DNA of 64,000 nucleotides, taken from Gammaproteobacteria bacterium (GTDB lineage: Bacteria > Pseudomonadota > Gammaproteobacteria > JADZEE01). Within the stretch, counting starts at the first letter, position 1, and every line of letters starts with the position of its first letter. The translations under genes and the position numbers were made by a program. The notes under the pieces were generated by a model, which saw only the letters and a program-made list of their open reading frames with translations, was not told where the DNA came from and made no database searches. Positions 1 to 9,815 of this stretch are shown here, in pieces. The stretch covers positions 42,653 to 106,652 of the forward strand of contig JBFXBD010000006.1 in the NCBI GenBank assembly GCA_050183625.1. The letters are read 5' to 3'.

Positions 1-89
1 CGCAACCCATCGGTCGCGCGCGGTCCGGCACTGTAAAATCCATACCTCTGCCCGTACAATCCGATGCCCGACCTTCGTGAACAGCCCGC

Positions 90-1145
90 ATGGCCGAACC
101 GAAACTCGTTGACAAGGCGATCCTGAAGACGCTCGTGCCGCCGAGCGCCCTGAACGCGGAGAACTTCCAGGAACTCGCCGGCAAGGCGTACGTCGAGGAG
201 ATCCCGGCGGGCAAGGTCATCTTCAAGCAGGGCGACCTGGACCGCAAGACGACCTACCTGTTGGAAGGAGAAGTGCTGATCGTCACCGAGCGCGGTACCA
301 CGACGCTGGTCGGCGGCAGCGATCTGGCCCGCCACCCGATGGCGAACCAGCAACCGCGCACCGCAACGGCCACCGCGAAATCGGCCTGCAAGATCACCCG
401 CTTCGACAGCGATCTGCTCGACATCCTGCTCACCTGGGATCAGCTTTCCGGCATCGAGGTGAGCGAGATCGCGCACGGCGAGGAGGACAGCGACAGCGAC
501 TGGATGACCCGCATCCTGCAGTCGCAGGCCTTCCAGCAGGTGCCGCCGGCGAACATCCAGGCGATGTTCATGCGCATGCAGGAACTGCCCGTGCGCACCG
601 GCGAGGTGATCATCCGCCAGGGCGACGACGGCGATTCCTACTACATCATCAAGTCCGGCAAGGCGAAGGTCACCCGCGCCTCCAAGACCGGCGCCGACCT
701 CATGCTCGCGCAGTTGAGCGACGGGGACGCCTTCGGCGAGGAGGCGTTGCTGTCGGAGGCCAAGCGCAACGCCACCATCACCATGGTGACCGACGGCGTC
801 CTCATGAAGCTCTCCAAGGAGGATTTCAACGCCCTGCTCAAGGAGCCGATGCTGTCCTGGGTCACGTGGGACGACGCGGAAAAGCGCGTCCGCGAGGGTG
901 CCGCGTGGCTCGATGTGCGCCTGGAGAGCGAGCACGCCAATTCCGGCCTGCCCGGCAGCATCAACATCCCCTTGTTCATGCTGCGCCTGAAGGCCGATTC
1001 CCTTCCGAACAACCCGCCCTACATCATCTACTGCGACACCGGGCGGCGCAGTTCGGCCGCGGCCTTCCTGCTCGGCGAGCGCGGGTTCCAGGTCTATGTG
1101 CTCAAGGGCGGGCTGATGGAGCGCGCCAAGAAGGCCGGCGCCTGA
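90..1145 (+). CDS. Signalling protein with two cyclic-nucleotide-binding (CAP-effector) domains fused to a C-terminal rhodanese domain
   Basis: Two cNMP-binding-like segments (…FGEEALL…RNATI…). C-terminal rhodanese signature YIIYCDTGRRSSAAAFLLGERGF. Confidence 0.7.
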   Translation: MAEPKLVDKAILKTLVPPSALNAENFQELAGKAYVEEIPAGKVIFKQGDLDRKTTYLLEGEVLIVTERGTTTLVGGSDLARHPMANQQPRTATATAKSACKITRFDSDLLDILLTWDQLSGIEVSEIAHGEEDSDSDWMTRILQSQAFQQVPPANIQAMFMRMQELPVRTGEVIIRQGDDGDSYYIIKSGKAKVTRASKTGADLMLAQLSDGDAFGEEALLSEAKRNATITMVTDGVLMKLSKEDFNALLKEPMLSWVTWDDAEKRVREGAAWLDVRLESEHANSGLPGSINIPLFMLRLKADSLPNNPPYIIYCDTGRRSSAAAFLLGERGFQVYVLKGGLMERAKKAGA

Positions 1146-1155
1146 GGGGCCTGCC

Positions 1156-2001
1156 GTGAGCGCCGCCGGCGCGGCGGACCTGTACTGCGTCTTCGGCAAC
1201 CCGGTCGCGCACAGCAAGTCACCGTTCATCCATGCCCGGTTTGCCCTGCAGACCGGGCAGCACATCCGCTACGAACGCGAACTGGTCGAGCCCGGCGCCT
1301 TCCAGGCTGCGCTCGATGCATTCCGGCGCCGTGGCGGCCGCGGCTGCAACGTCACCGTGCCCTTCAAGCAGGATGCATGGCGCTGCGCGCGGATGCGCAC
1401 TGCGCGTGCCGAGCGCGCCGGCGCCGCCAATACCCTGGCATGGGACGATGCCGAGGGTGCCTGGCTCGGCGACAATACCGACGGCGTCGGCCTGCTGCGC
1501 GACCTGCGCGACAACCACGGCGTGCAGATCCGCGGCCGGCGCGTCCTCGTGCTCGGTGCGGGCGGCGCCGCGCGCGGGATCCTGGCGCCGTTGCTCGCCG
1601 AGAACCCCGAAGCGCTGCAGATCGCCAACCGCACCCCCGCGACCGCCGAGACGCTCGCTGCCGGCTTCCGGGACCTGGGCGCGGTCAGCGGGGGCGGGCT
1701 GAAGACCGAGCGCGTACCCGACATCCTCATCAACGCCACGTCCATCGGCGTGCAGGGCGCGCAATTCGCGGCGGGCGACATCGCCATCGGGCCGCACACC
1801 CTGTGCTACGACCTGAGCTACGCCAGCGCGGCCGAGCCTTTCGCGCGCTGGGCACGCGCGCGCGGGGCGGTTCGGATCATCGACGGCCTGGGCATGCTGG
1901 TGGAACAGGCGGCGGAATCCTTCACCCTCTGGCGCGGTGTCCGGCCGGCGACCGGTCCGGTCATCCGGGCGCTGCGCGAAGCGCAGGAAAATCCCTGCTG
2001 A
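1156..2001 (+). CDS. aroE: Shikimate dehydrogenase
   Basis: AroE motifs: GNPVAHSKSP, NVTVPFK, NTDGVG, and the Rossmann segment GAGGAARG. Confidence 0.85.
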   Translation: MSAAGAADLYCVFGNPVAHSKSPFIHARFALQTGQHIRYERELVEPGAFQAALDAFRRRGGRGCNVTVPFKQDAWRCARMRTARAERAGAANTLAWDDAEGAWLGDNTDGVGLLRDLRDNHGVQIRGRRVLVLGAGGAARGILAPLLAENPEALQIANRTPATAETLAAGFRDLGAVSGGGLKTERVPDILINATSIGVQGAQFAAGDIAIGPHTLCYDLSYASAAEPFARWARARGAVRIIDGLGMLVEQAAESFTLWRGVRPATGPVIRALREAQENPC

Positions 2002-2315
2002 ACGCGCTTGACACGAGCCGATTCCAGCGTCTTTCTTCGCCTCCCCGGCGACAGATATGCACAATCGCGCGGTTTACGCGTCGAATCGCAGCGCGGCACC
2101 GCGAAATCCCCGGGAAAACGTGCGATGCAGTGTCTAACGCATTGAATATAAACAACTCGCAGGTTTGAACAAATTTTCACCATTTTAACTGGACGGTAAT
2201 AATTACGCGGCCTGCGGCGATTGTTCCGGCAACCTTCCACAGAGTTTTCCACAGGTTCTGTGAGTAAGGAAACAATCGTAGGTTCGTCATGTCGTTAGCG
2301 TGCTTTCCTGCGGCA

Positions 2316-3131
2316 TCATTGAGCTTCGGCGGATGCGCCCGGAACCATCTCCGCGGCGCAGTCGGACAGGCGCACGAACTCCGCCACCGAAAGGGTTTCA
2401 GCCCGGCGTGACGGATCGATGCCCGCGGCCTCGAACGCCGCCGGCCCGGCCAGGCCAGCCAGCGCGTTCCTGAGCGTTTTACGACGCTTTCCGAATGCAG
2501 CGCTCACCAAGCGGGCCAGCTGCGCGGCGCTGCGCGCCGGCGGCACCCACGGCCGTGGTTTCAGCCGCACCACCGCGGACTGCACCTTCGGCGGCGGCCG
2601 GAAGGCCCCGGGTGACACGGGGAACAGGAATTCGATGGCGCACCGGTATTGAGCCATCACGCTCAAACGCCCGTAGGCCCGGGAATCCGGCGCGGCAGCC
2701 AGGCGCTGCGCGACCTCGTGCTGCAGCATGAACACCATCTCGGCGATGCGGTCGGAAGCGTCGAACAGGTGGAACAGCAGCGGCGTGGAGATGTTGTAGG
2801 GCAGGTTGCCCACTACCCGAAGTGGCGCGTCCGCGCCGGCCAGCGTGCGCAGGTCGAACCGCAGGGCGTCCGCGCAGTGGACGGTCAGCCCGGTCACGGA
2901 GCAGAAGCGCTCGCGCAGGTGCGCGGCCAGATCCCGGTCGATCTCGATGACGTCGAGCGTGCCGGCCTGCTCCGCGAGCCGGGCGGTCAGGACGCCCTCG
3001 CCGGGCCCGATTTCCACCAGCCGGTCGGTGGCCGCAGGGGCGATCGCGGAAACGATCCGTTCGATGACGCGCGGATCGTGCAGGAAATGCTGTCCGAAAC
3101 GCCGGCGCGGAATATGCCGGCCGCCGCTCAC
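2316..3131 (-). CDS. rsmA: 16S rRNA (adenine1518/1519-N6)-dimethyltransferase RsmA/KsgA
   Basis: N-terminus RFGQHFLHD…IGPGEG…, VGNLPYNISTP motif. Lies downstream of pdxA as in the conserved operon. Confidence 0.9.
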   Translation of the reverse strand: MSGGRHIPRRRFGQHFLHDPRVIERIVSAIAPAATDRLVEIGPGEGVLTARLAEQAGTLDVIEIDRDLAAHLRERFCSVTGLTVHCADALRFDLRTLAGADAPLRVVGNLPYNISTPLLFHLFDASDRIAEMVFMLQHEVAQRLAAAPDSRAYGRLSVMAQYRCAIEFLFPVSPGAFRPPPKVQSAVVRLKPRPWVPPARSAAQLARLVSAAFGKRRKTLRNALAGLAGPAAFEAAGIDPSRRAETLSVAEFVRLSDCAAEMVPGASAEAQ

Positions 3132-3134
3132 GGC

Positions 3135-4130
3135 TCAGGCCCGGGCGCGGGCGAATGAGGCCATCGCCAGCGCGGTCGCGATGGCCGCACGCAGGCTGGC
3201 CGGGCTGGCGCGCCCGGTTGCCGCCAGGTCCAGCGCAGTGCCGTGATCGACAGAGGTTCGCACGATCGGCAGTCCGAGCGTGACATTCACGGCTTCATCG
3301 AAGCTGCGGTGCTTGACGACGGGCAGGCCCTGATCGTGGTACATGGTCAGGACGGCGTCCACTTCCGCCAGGCTGGCCGGGACGAACGCCGTGTCCGCCG
3401 GCACCGGGCCGCGCAGGTCCAGGCCGCGCATTCGCAGCCGGGCCAGGGTCGGAGCGATGACGTCGCGCTCCTCGGTGCCCAGATATCCGCCTTCGCCTGC
3501 GTGCGGGTTCAGGCCGCAGACGAGCACCCGCGGGGTGGCGACGCCGAACCAGCGCCGCAGGTCGCCGGTCAGCACCTCGAGCACGGTTTCCAGGAGCGTG
3601 GGCGTAATCGCGCCCGGGACCTGCGACAACGGCAGGTGCGTGGTTGCCAGCGCCACGCGCAGGCCGGGCGCGTTCATGAGCATCACCGGGTGTGCGGCGC
3701 CGGTGAGCCCGGCGAGGAATTCGGTGTGGCCGCTGAACGGCTCGCCCGCGTCGTTGATGATGCCCTTGTGCACCGGGCCGGTCACCATCGCGTCGAAGCG
3801 GCCGCGGAGGCAGCCGCCGGCCGCGGCGCGCAGCGTCTGCAGCACGTAATGCGCATTGCGCGCATCGGCCACTCCTGCGCGCACTTCGGTGCCGGCCGCG
3901 ACGTGCAGGCAACGCAGGTGCCCGGGGCGGTGCAAGGTGCGCGGTGCATCCGCGGTACAGGTGTCGATCGTGACCGCCAGCCCGAGGATCCGCGCGCGCG
4001 CCGCGAGCATGTCGGCGTCGGCTATCGCGATCAGTTCCGCCGCCAGCGGCCCGGTCGCAAGCGCCAGTGCGAGGTCGGGACCAATACCCGCCGGCTCACC
4101 GGGCGTCAGTGCAAGCGAAGTGGGCTGCAT
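3135..4130 (-). CDS. pdxA: 4-hydroxythreonine-4-phosphate dehydrogenase
   Basis: PdxA-like sequence (LALTPGEPAGIGPD…). Sits between surA and rsmA. Confidence 0.85.
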   Translation of the reverse strand: MQPTSLALTPGEPAGIGPDLALALATGPLAAELIAIADADMLAARARILGLAVTIDTCTADAPRTLHRPGHLRCLHVAAGTEVRAGVADARNAHYVLQTLRAAAGGCLRGRFDAMVTGPVHKGIINDAGEPFSGHTEFLAGLTGAAHPVMLMNAPGLRVALATTHLPLSQVPGAITPTLLETVLEVLTGDLRRWFGVATPRVLVCGLNPHAGEGGYLGTEERDVIAPTLARLRMRGLDLRGPVPADTAFVPASLAEVDAVLTMYHDQGLPVVKHRSFDEAVNVTLGLPIVRTSVDHGTALDLAATGRASPASLRAAIATALAMASFARARA

Positions 4131-4158
4131 TGGCGGCCGGGCCCGGCGCAGCGGGCCG

Positions 4159-5505
4159 TCAATTCAACCGGTACTCTACATAGGCCTCATCGCGCAGCCG
4201 CCGCATCCAGGCGTCGCCATCCTCCTGGATTTTGCGCTTGCGGATGATTTCCCGCGCCCGCGCGCGCCGGACTTCCTCCGTATCGTCGTGACGGCGCCTT
4301 TCCAGCACGCGGACGATGTGCAACCCGAACTGGGTCTGGAACGGTTCGGAGACCTCGCCCGGTGCGAGCGCGTTCATCTCCTCTTCGAACTCCGGCACGA
4401 GATCGCCGGGGCTGACCCAACCCAGGTCGCCGCCGTTGACGGCCGTGCCGCGATCGTCGGAGTGCGAGCGCGCCAGGTTCTCGAACGACTCTCCGCCCAT
4501 GATGCGAATGCGCAGTTGCTGCAGGCGGATGCTCGCGTCCTCGGGGGAAACCAGCTCGTTCGGCCTGATCAGGATGTGCTCGGCGTGCGTCTGGTCGACC
4601 ACGTGTTGTTCGCCGGTGCGCGAACCGAGCACCTGGAGCAGGTGGAAGCCGCTGTCGCTTTCAAGGATCTCGCTGGTTTCGCCCGGACGCAGCACCCCGA
4701 CGAGGTCGGCGAAGATCGACGGCACGCTGCTCGCCTTGATCCACCCCAGGTCGCCGCCCTGAGCCGCCTGGCTGCCCTCGGAGCGCGTCCTGGCGATGGC
4801 GCTGAAATCGGCGCCGCCGACGATTTCCGTGCGGATAGCCTCGATTTCGGCGCGCCTGGCGTCGCGCGTCGCCTGATCCGCATCGGCCGGAACGGAGACC
4901 AGGATGTGCCGCAGGTGATACTCGAGTTCGATGGACGCGTCCTGCTGCAGGCTGCCGAGCTGGTTCTCGATTTCGCGGTCGGTCACCACGGTCCGGTTCT
5001 CCACCTCCCGTTGGCGCAGGCGCGATATGGTGATTTCGTTCCTGATGTCCTCGCGAAAACGGCCGAACGAAAGGCCATCCTGCTCGATGATTTCGCGGAA
5101 CTGGGCCAGCGTGAGCTTGTTGTCCGCCGCGATCCGGCCCAGTGCCTGGTTCAACGTCTCGTCGTCGACGCGGATCCCGGTACGAGCAGCCAGGCCGAGC
5201 TGGATCTTCTGCATGACGAGGTGGTCCAGCACCTGCTTCTGGAACACCGTCATCGGCGGCGGTTGCGCGCCCTGCTGGCGCATCTGGGCGAGCACGCGCC
5301 GCATCTGCGATTCCAGCTCCGAGGCCATGACCACGTCGCCGTCGACGACGGCGACGATCTGGTCGATCGGCGTGTCGGCGCGCGAAGCGGCGCCCGCTGC
5401 GAGCGCGGCGAGCGCCGCGAGAAGTACGATGATTGGCTTCATTGGCTGAAACGCGTGCTTGCCGGCGCCGGCCGGGTGTGGGTGGTCATCGACCGGCCCG
5501 ATCAA
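4159..5505 (-). CDS. surA: Periplasmic chaperone / peptidyl-prolyl isomerase SurA
   Basis: Signal peptide followed by the SurA N-domain and two parvulin-like PPIase domains. Adjacent to lptD. Confidence 0.85.
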   Translation of the reverse strand: MIGPVDDHPHPAGAGKHAFQPMKPIIVLLAALAALAAGAASRADTPIDQIVAVVDGDVVMASELESQMRRVLAQMRQQGAQPPPMTVFQKQVLDHLVMQKIQLGLAARTGIRVDDETLNQALGRIAADNKLTLAQFREIIEQDGLSFGRFREDIRNEITISRLRQREVENRTVVTDREIENQLGSLQQDASIELEYHLRHILVSVPADADQATRDARRAEIEAIRTEIVGGADFSAIARTRSEGSQAAQGGDLGWIKASSVPSIFADLVGVLRPGETSEILESDSGFHLLQVLGSRTGEQHVVDQTHAEHILIRPNELVSPEDASIRLQQLRIRIMGGESFENLARSHSDDRGTAVNGGDLGWVSPGDLVPEFEEEMNALAPGEVSEPFQTQFGLHIVRVLERRRHDDTEEVRRARAREIIRKRKIQEDGDAWMRRLRDEAYVEYRLN

Positions 5506-7724
5506 AAATCCGGTTCGTAACCGGGAACCGTCTTGCTGAAGAACGTCTGCGTCTGGCGGCCGATGCCGGCCAGCCCCTTAAACTCGATCTGCACGAAGAA
5601 CCCGGTGTTGAAGGTGCCGTCGGCGGTGCGAAGGAACCGGCGAACCGCCGCCCGCACACCCCAGCAGCAGCTATTGTATTCGACGCCGCCGACCACTTCG
5701 AGCGTAGATTCGTCCTCCAGGGAATAGTTCCAGCGCCCCATGAGGCCCCAGTTCTCGGTGACCGGCCAGCGGATGGACAGGTCGGTCTGCGCGACGTCGG
5801 TGATTGCACGCCGCAGGCGATAGTCGAAGTTGACGATCGCACCCTCGCCGTCACGGTAGCGCAGGCGCAACGCGCCCTTGCGGGTCTGCTCGGCAGCCGG
5901 ATCCCACTGCAGTGCGCCGCCGACGCTCCACTCGCGGGTCAGGCGCGCCGTGGCCTCCGCGACGATTTCCGAGGTGTCGGCGGTCTGCGGCAGGCCGCCG
6001 GGCACGACGACCTCGCGGTCGGCGAAATAGTAGATCTGGCCGATGCCGGCCCGCAGGCGCTCGAACCCGGTGGTGGAGTCGATAATCCGCGATTGCACGC
6101 CGACCGAGACCTGGTTCGTGTCGCCGACCCGATCGCCGCCGCCGAAGCGGTCGTCGCGGAAAAGCTGCGAAAAGGAGAAGTCGTACAGGCCGGTATCGAA
6201 CACCGGCACGTCGTTCTGGCTGACCTTGGGAATGTAGAGGTAGTAGGCGTGCGGTTCGAGGGTCTGCACCATTCGCACGCCCGCGAAGTGGAGATCGCGT
6301 TCCAGGTCCAGGCCGGTGTCCAGGCTCGCGGCCGGGATGGCGCGCGAGATGCTGTTGCCGCCGACCGTATTGCCCTCCAGCCAGTACTGCGCATAGCGCA
6401 GTTCGAGCTTGGGCACGAAGAAGTAACCCGGCGTGCGCACCGGCAGCGACACCGCCGGGCGCAGTTCCATGCGTGCGCCGACCGTACCGGCCTCGCGATC
6501 GAAGTAGGTGAGGTTCGCGACGGTGTTGAACGCAGGCCGCCAGTTCCGTTCCGGAAAGTAGGTCGTGACGTAGAATTCAGGAAGCCGCGTATACGGGCCG
6601 AAGGCGGCCAGACTGCGATCCACGCTCTGGTAGCGCAGCACGCGCATCCGGCCGTACCAGAAACGGCCCCAGTAGTTGAGATCCCCGCGCTGTTCGAGGT
6701 AGCGCGTACTGGTGACGCTCAGGCTGTTGCCGAAATCCTCGAAGTAGCGGTTGTCCGTGACGTCGTTGTAGAGCACGTATGCGCTCGCGTTTCCGTCCAG
6801 GAATCCCTGCGCGTGCTCGATCTTGACCAGCGCGCGCGTGCGGTCCTCGTAGCCGCTGTCCTGCGGCAGGACTTCGAGTTCGGCCGTGCCTTCGCCGTTG
6901 TCGAGCAGGTACCGGAACTGGCCGCCGAGCATGATGCCCCGGTCGCCGAGGATGCGCGGCGTGAAGGTCGCGTCGTATTCGGGGGCGATGTTCCAGTAGT
7001 ACGGGATTGCGATGTCGGCGCCCGAGGCGGTCTTGTTGCCGAAGACCGGAGCCAGGAACCCGGACTTGCGCTTGTCGCTGAGCGGAAAGGTGAGGTATGG
7101 CAGGTACAGCACCGGGACGTTGCCGACCCGGATCGTCGCATGCCGGGCGCTGCCGATGTCGCGCTCGCGGTCCAGGTTCATGCGCCGGGCGGCGAACCGC
7201 CAGGCCGGCTCCCGCCCGGGGCAGGTGGTGTAGTCGACCGTCTCCAGTTCGCTGCGATCATTGGCAAAATCGATGCCGATCATCCCGGCCTTGCCACGGC
7301 CGCGCCGGCCGATGAGCTGGTAGCGGCCGTCGAGCAGCTCACCGAACTCGGTGTCGAACCTGACCTCCCCTTCGGCACCTTCCCAGTAGAGTGAGTCGGT
7401 CCAGAATCGCGCCGAGCCGATGAAATGGGCGCGCCGCGTCGCATCGTCGTAGGTCATGCGATCGGCCACCAGGGACTGCCCCTGGCGCACGACCGTGACG
7501 CCGCCGGTGAAGCTCGACGTGCCCTGTTCGGCGAACTCGCCTTCCTCGGCGGTGACCTGCGTGGCTCCAGCTTCGAGCGGGTCGTCGGCGGTCGGCTGCG
7601 AGGGAATGTAGGCGTCGTTCGGGCAGACCGCCCAGAGGTCCTCGGGCGACGGCTCGCGCGCGTGCGCCGGTGCCACCGCGAGCAGGGCGAAGAACAGCGC
7701 GGTCGGGTACCGGATCAGGGACAT
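5502..7724 (-). CDS. lptD: LPS-assembly outer-membrane protein LptD
   Basis: LptD-like beta-barrel protein. The ORF extends to 7970, but the signal peptide (MSLIRYPTALFFALLAVAPAHA) begins at the internal ATG 7724. The 3' end overlaps surA by 4 nt. Confidence 0.85.
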   Translation of the reverse strand: MSLIRYPTALFFALLAVAPAHAREPSPEDLWAVCPNDAYIPSQPTADDPLEAGATQVTAEEGEFAEQGTSSFTGGVTVVRQGQSLVADRMTYDDATRRAHFIGSARFWTDSLYWEGAEGEVRFDTEFGELLDGRYQLIGRRGRGKAGMIGIDFANDRSELETVDYTTCPGREPAWRFAARRMNLDRERDIGSARHATIRVGNVPVLYLPYLTFPLSDKRKSGFLAPVFGNKTASGADIAIPYYWNIAPEYDATFTPRILGDRGIMLGGQFRYLLDNGEGTAELEVLPQDSGYEDRTRALVKIEHAQGFLDGNASAYVLYNDVTDNRYFEDFGNSLSVTSTRYLEQRGDLNYWGRFWYGRMRVLRYQSVDRSLAAFGPYTRLPEFYVTTYFPERNWRPAFNTVANLTYFDREAGTVGARMELRPAVSLPVRTPGYFFVPKLELRYAQYWLEGNTVGGNSISRAIPAASLDTGLDLERDLHFAGVRMVQTLEPHAYYLYIPKVSQNDVPVFDTGLYDFSFSQLFRDDRFGGGDRVGDTNQVSVGVQSRIIDSTTGFERLRAGIGQIYYFADREVVVPGGLPQTADTSEIVAEATARLTREWSVGGALQWDPAAEQTRKGALRLRYRDGEGAIVNFDYRLRRAITDVAQTDLSIRWPVTENWGLMGRWNYSLEDESTLEVVGGVEYNSCCWGVRAAVRRFLRTADGTFNTGFFVQIEFKGLAGIGRQTQTFFSKTVPGYEPDF

Positions 7725-7791
7725 GAGCAGGCGGTTTCGAGCGATGCCGTACCATCGCACAGATGTGCCGCAGCGGCAATGCGGACGGGCA

Positions 7792-8382
7792 TCAGTGCTT
7801 TTCGCCGGCGCCGGCCAGGAGCGCGGCGATGAAGCCGAGCCGCTCGGCGGCGGTGTGGATTTCCAGGATGCGTTGGCGTGCCGGCAGCGGCAGCGGCAGC
7901 AGCTCCGCCAGGCGGTATCCCACCCAGTTGGCGTCGTCCCAGGCGGCGTCCTGGCCGCCGGGCACGCCACCGAGCCGCTCCAGGATCCGGTGCAGCAATT
8001 CGCGCATGCCGGCCAGATCCTCCGGCACCGCCGGTGCGATCTCGTCCACCAGCGCTTCGACCGTCGCGGTCTGCAGTTCGTTGCGGTCGGTGCTGCGATC
8101 GCGGATCAGGAACCGTTGCCCGCCCTGGGCGACGATATTGAGCAGACCGCCCTCGCCGCGATCGAAATCGCGGATCCGCGCGAACGTGCCCACGGTTTCG
8201 GGAGTCGCGGCGGTGCCGACTTCGGATCCGGAACGGATCAGGACGACGCCGAACGGCTGGTCGGCGCGCAGGCACTCCCGGACCATGTCGACGTAGCGCC
8301 GTTCGAAGATCCGCAGCGGCAGCAGGCCGCCGGGATACAGGACCGTGTTGAGCGGAAACAGGCTGACGCTGGTCGTTTGCAT
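7792..8382 (-). CDS. LON N-terminal (substrate-binding) domain-only protein
   Basis: LPLRIFERRYVDM…FGVVL pattern of the Lon N-domain. I chose the internal start MQTTSV (8382) to avoid overlapping mpl. The ORF start at 8466 is the alternative. Confidence 0.6.
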   Translation of the reverse strand: MQTTSVSLFPLNTVLYPGGLLPLRIFERRYVDMVRECLRADQPFGVVLIRSGSEVGTAATPETVGTFARIRDFDRGEGGLLNIVAQGGQRFLIRDRSTDRNELQTATVEALVDEIAPAVPEDLAGMRELLHRILERLGGVPGGQDAAWDDANWVGYRLAELLPLPLPARQRILEIHTAAERLGFIAALLAGAGEKH

Positions 8383-8401
8383 GTTGCCTCTCCGCGGCGT
8401 T

Positions 8402-9766
8402 TCAGGCGTTGCCGGCGCGCGCGCGCAACCGATCGGCGAGCCGATGGTGGATGCCGCCGAAATCACCGTTGCTCATGACGAGCACGTGGTCCCCGGGCCG
8501 CGCCGCGCCGGCGAGCCGATCGACGAGCGAGGGCAGGTCGCGATCGACGCTGCGCGCGGCCAGCCCGGCGGTCTCGGCGGCGAGATCCCAAGGCAGTTCC
8601 GGCGGCGCGAACAGCGCGCACATGTCCGCGCCGGCCAGCGCCGGGCCGAGCTGCTCCTTCTGCACGCCCATCTTCAGGCTGTTCGAACGCGGCTCGAACA
8701 CGGCGATGATGCGGGCGCCGCCGACCCGTTCGCGCAGCGCCGCGATGGTCGCTGCAATCGCGGTCGGATGGTGCGCGAAATCGTCGTAGATGCAAACCCC
8801 GGCCACCTCGGCGACCCGTTCCAGGCGCCGCCTGGGCGCCCGGAATGTGGCCAGCGCGGCGCAGGCCGCGGCGGGTTCGAGCCCGGCGGCGGCGGCACAG
8901 GCAATCGCCGCGGTGGCATTGCGCGTATTGTGCTCGCCGTACATCGACCAGAGTACGCTCCCCGCGGCCGCGCCGGCGCGGTGGATGTCGAACGCGCCGC
9001 CGCCTTGCGTCCGGTAGCGCCAATCGGCGCCTGCATCCGGCCCGAAGGTCTCCTGGGTGCTCCAGCATCCCTGCGCGAGCATCCGATCCACCACCGTGTC
9101 CGGCTTCGGGCGGATGATCCTGCCGCCGCCCGGCACGGTACGCACCAGGTGCTGGAACTGGCGCTCGATGGCGGCCAGATCGGGAAAGATGTCCGCGTGA
9201 TCGAACTCGATGTTGTTGACCAGCAGGATTTCGGGCCGGTAGTGCAGGAACTTGGAACGCTTGTCGAAGAACGCGGTGTCGTACTCGTCGGCTTCTATCA
9301 CGAACCATTCGCCGCCGCCCAGCCGGCCCGCGCGGTCGAAGTTCTCCGGCATGCCGCCGATCAGGAACCCGGGATCGACGCCGGCATGCTCCAGTATCCA
9401 TGCGACGATGCTGGTCGTGGTGGTCTTGCCGTGCGTGCCGGCAATGGCGATGACGCGCCGCTTCTCCAGTACCGCCTGCGCCAGCCACTGCGGGCCCGAG
9501 GTGTACGGCAGGCGGGCGTCCAGCATGTATTCGACCGCGGGATTGCCACGCGAGAGCGCATTGCCGACCACGACGAGGTCGGGCCGCGGATCCAGGTGCG
9601 CGGGATCGTAGCCCGGCATCACCTCGATGCCCTGTGCCTGCAGCATCGGCCCGATCGGTGGGTAGGCCGCGCGATCGGAACCGGTGACGCGATGGCCCAG
9701 GTCGCGGGCGATCAGCGCCAGCGCACTCATGAACGTTCCGCAGATTCCCAGGACGTGGATGTGCAT
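8402..9766 (-). CDS. mpl: UDP-N-acetylmuramate:L-alanyl-gamma-D-glutamyl-meso-DAP ligase (murein peptide ligase)
   Basis: MHIHVLGICGTFMSALA…, GTHGKTTTTS P-loop, Mur ligase family. Length is typical for Mpl. Confidence 0.85.
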   Translation of the reverse strand: MHIHVLGICGTFMSALALIARDLGHRVTGSDRAAYPPIGPMLQAQGIEVMPGYDPAHLDPRPDLVVVGNALSRGNPAVEYMLDARLPYTSGPQWLAQAVLEKRRVIAIAGTHGKTTTTSIVAWILEHAGVDPGFLIGGMPENFDRAGRLGGGEWFVIEADEYDTAFFDKRSKFLHYRPEILLVNNIEFDHADIFPDLAAIERQFQHLVRTVPGGGRIIRPKPDTVVDRMLAQGCWSTQETFGPDAGADWRYRTQGGGAFDIHRAGAAAGSVLWSMYGEHNTRNATAAIACAAAAGLEPAAACAALATFRAPRRRLERVAEVAGVCIYDDFAHHPTAIAATIAALRERVGGARIIAVFEPRSNSLKMGVQKEQLGPALAGADMCALFAPPELPWDLAAETAGLAARSVDRDLPSLVDRLAGAARPGDHVLVMSNGDFGGIHHRLADRLRARAGNA

Positions 9767-9815
9767 GTCCGCCTCGGTGTCGTGGCCGCGGTGCGAACCG
9801 GCGCGTCGTGCCCGC

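Noticed and set aside
32-60. Sigma70 promoter for the first gene (TACAAT at 55–60)
   Set aside because: The -10 is good, but the best -35 (TGTAAA) matches only 3/6. That is not enough to assert a promoter without transcript data.
866-1159. Short overlapping ORFs inside annotated genes (for example 866–1159 +, 1232–1702 +, 2419–2652 +)
   Set aside because: They are embedded in alternative frames of strongly supported genes and have Arg/Pro-rich low-complexity translations.
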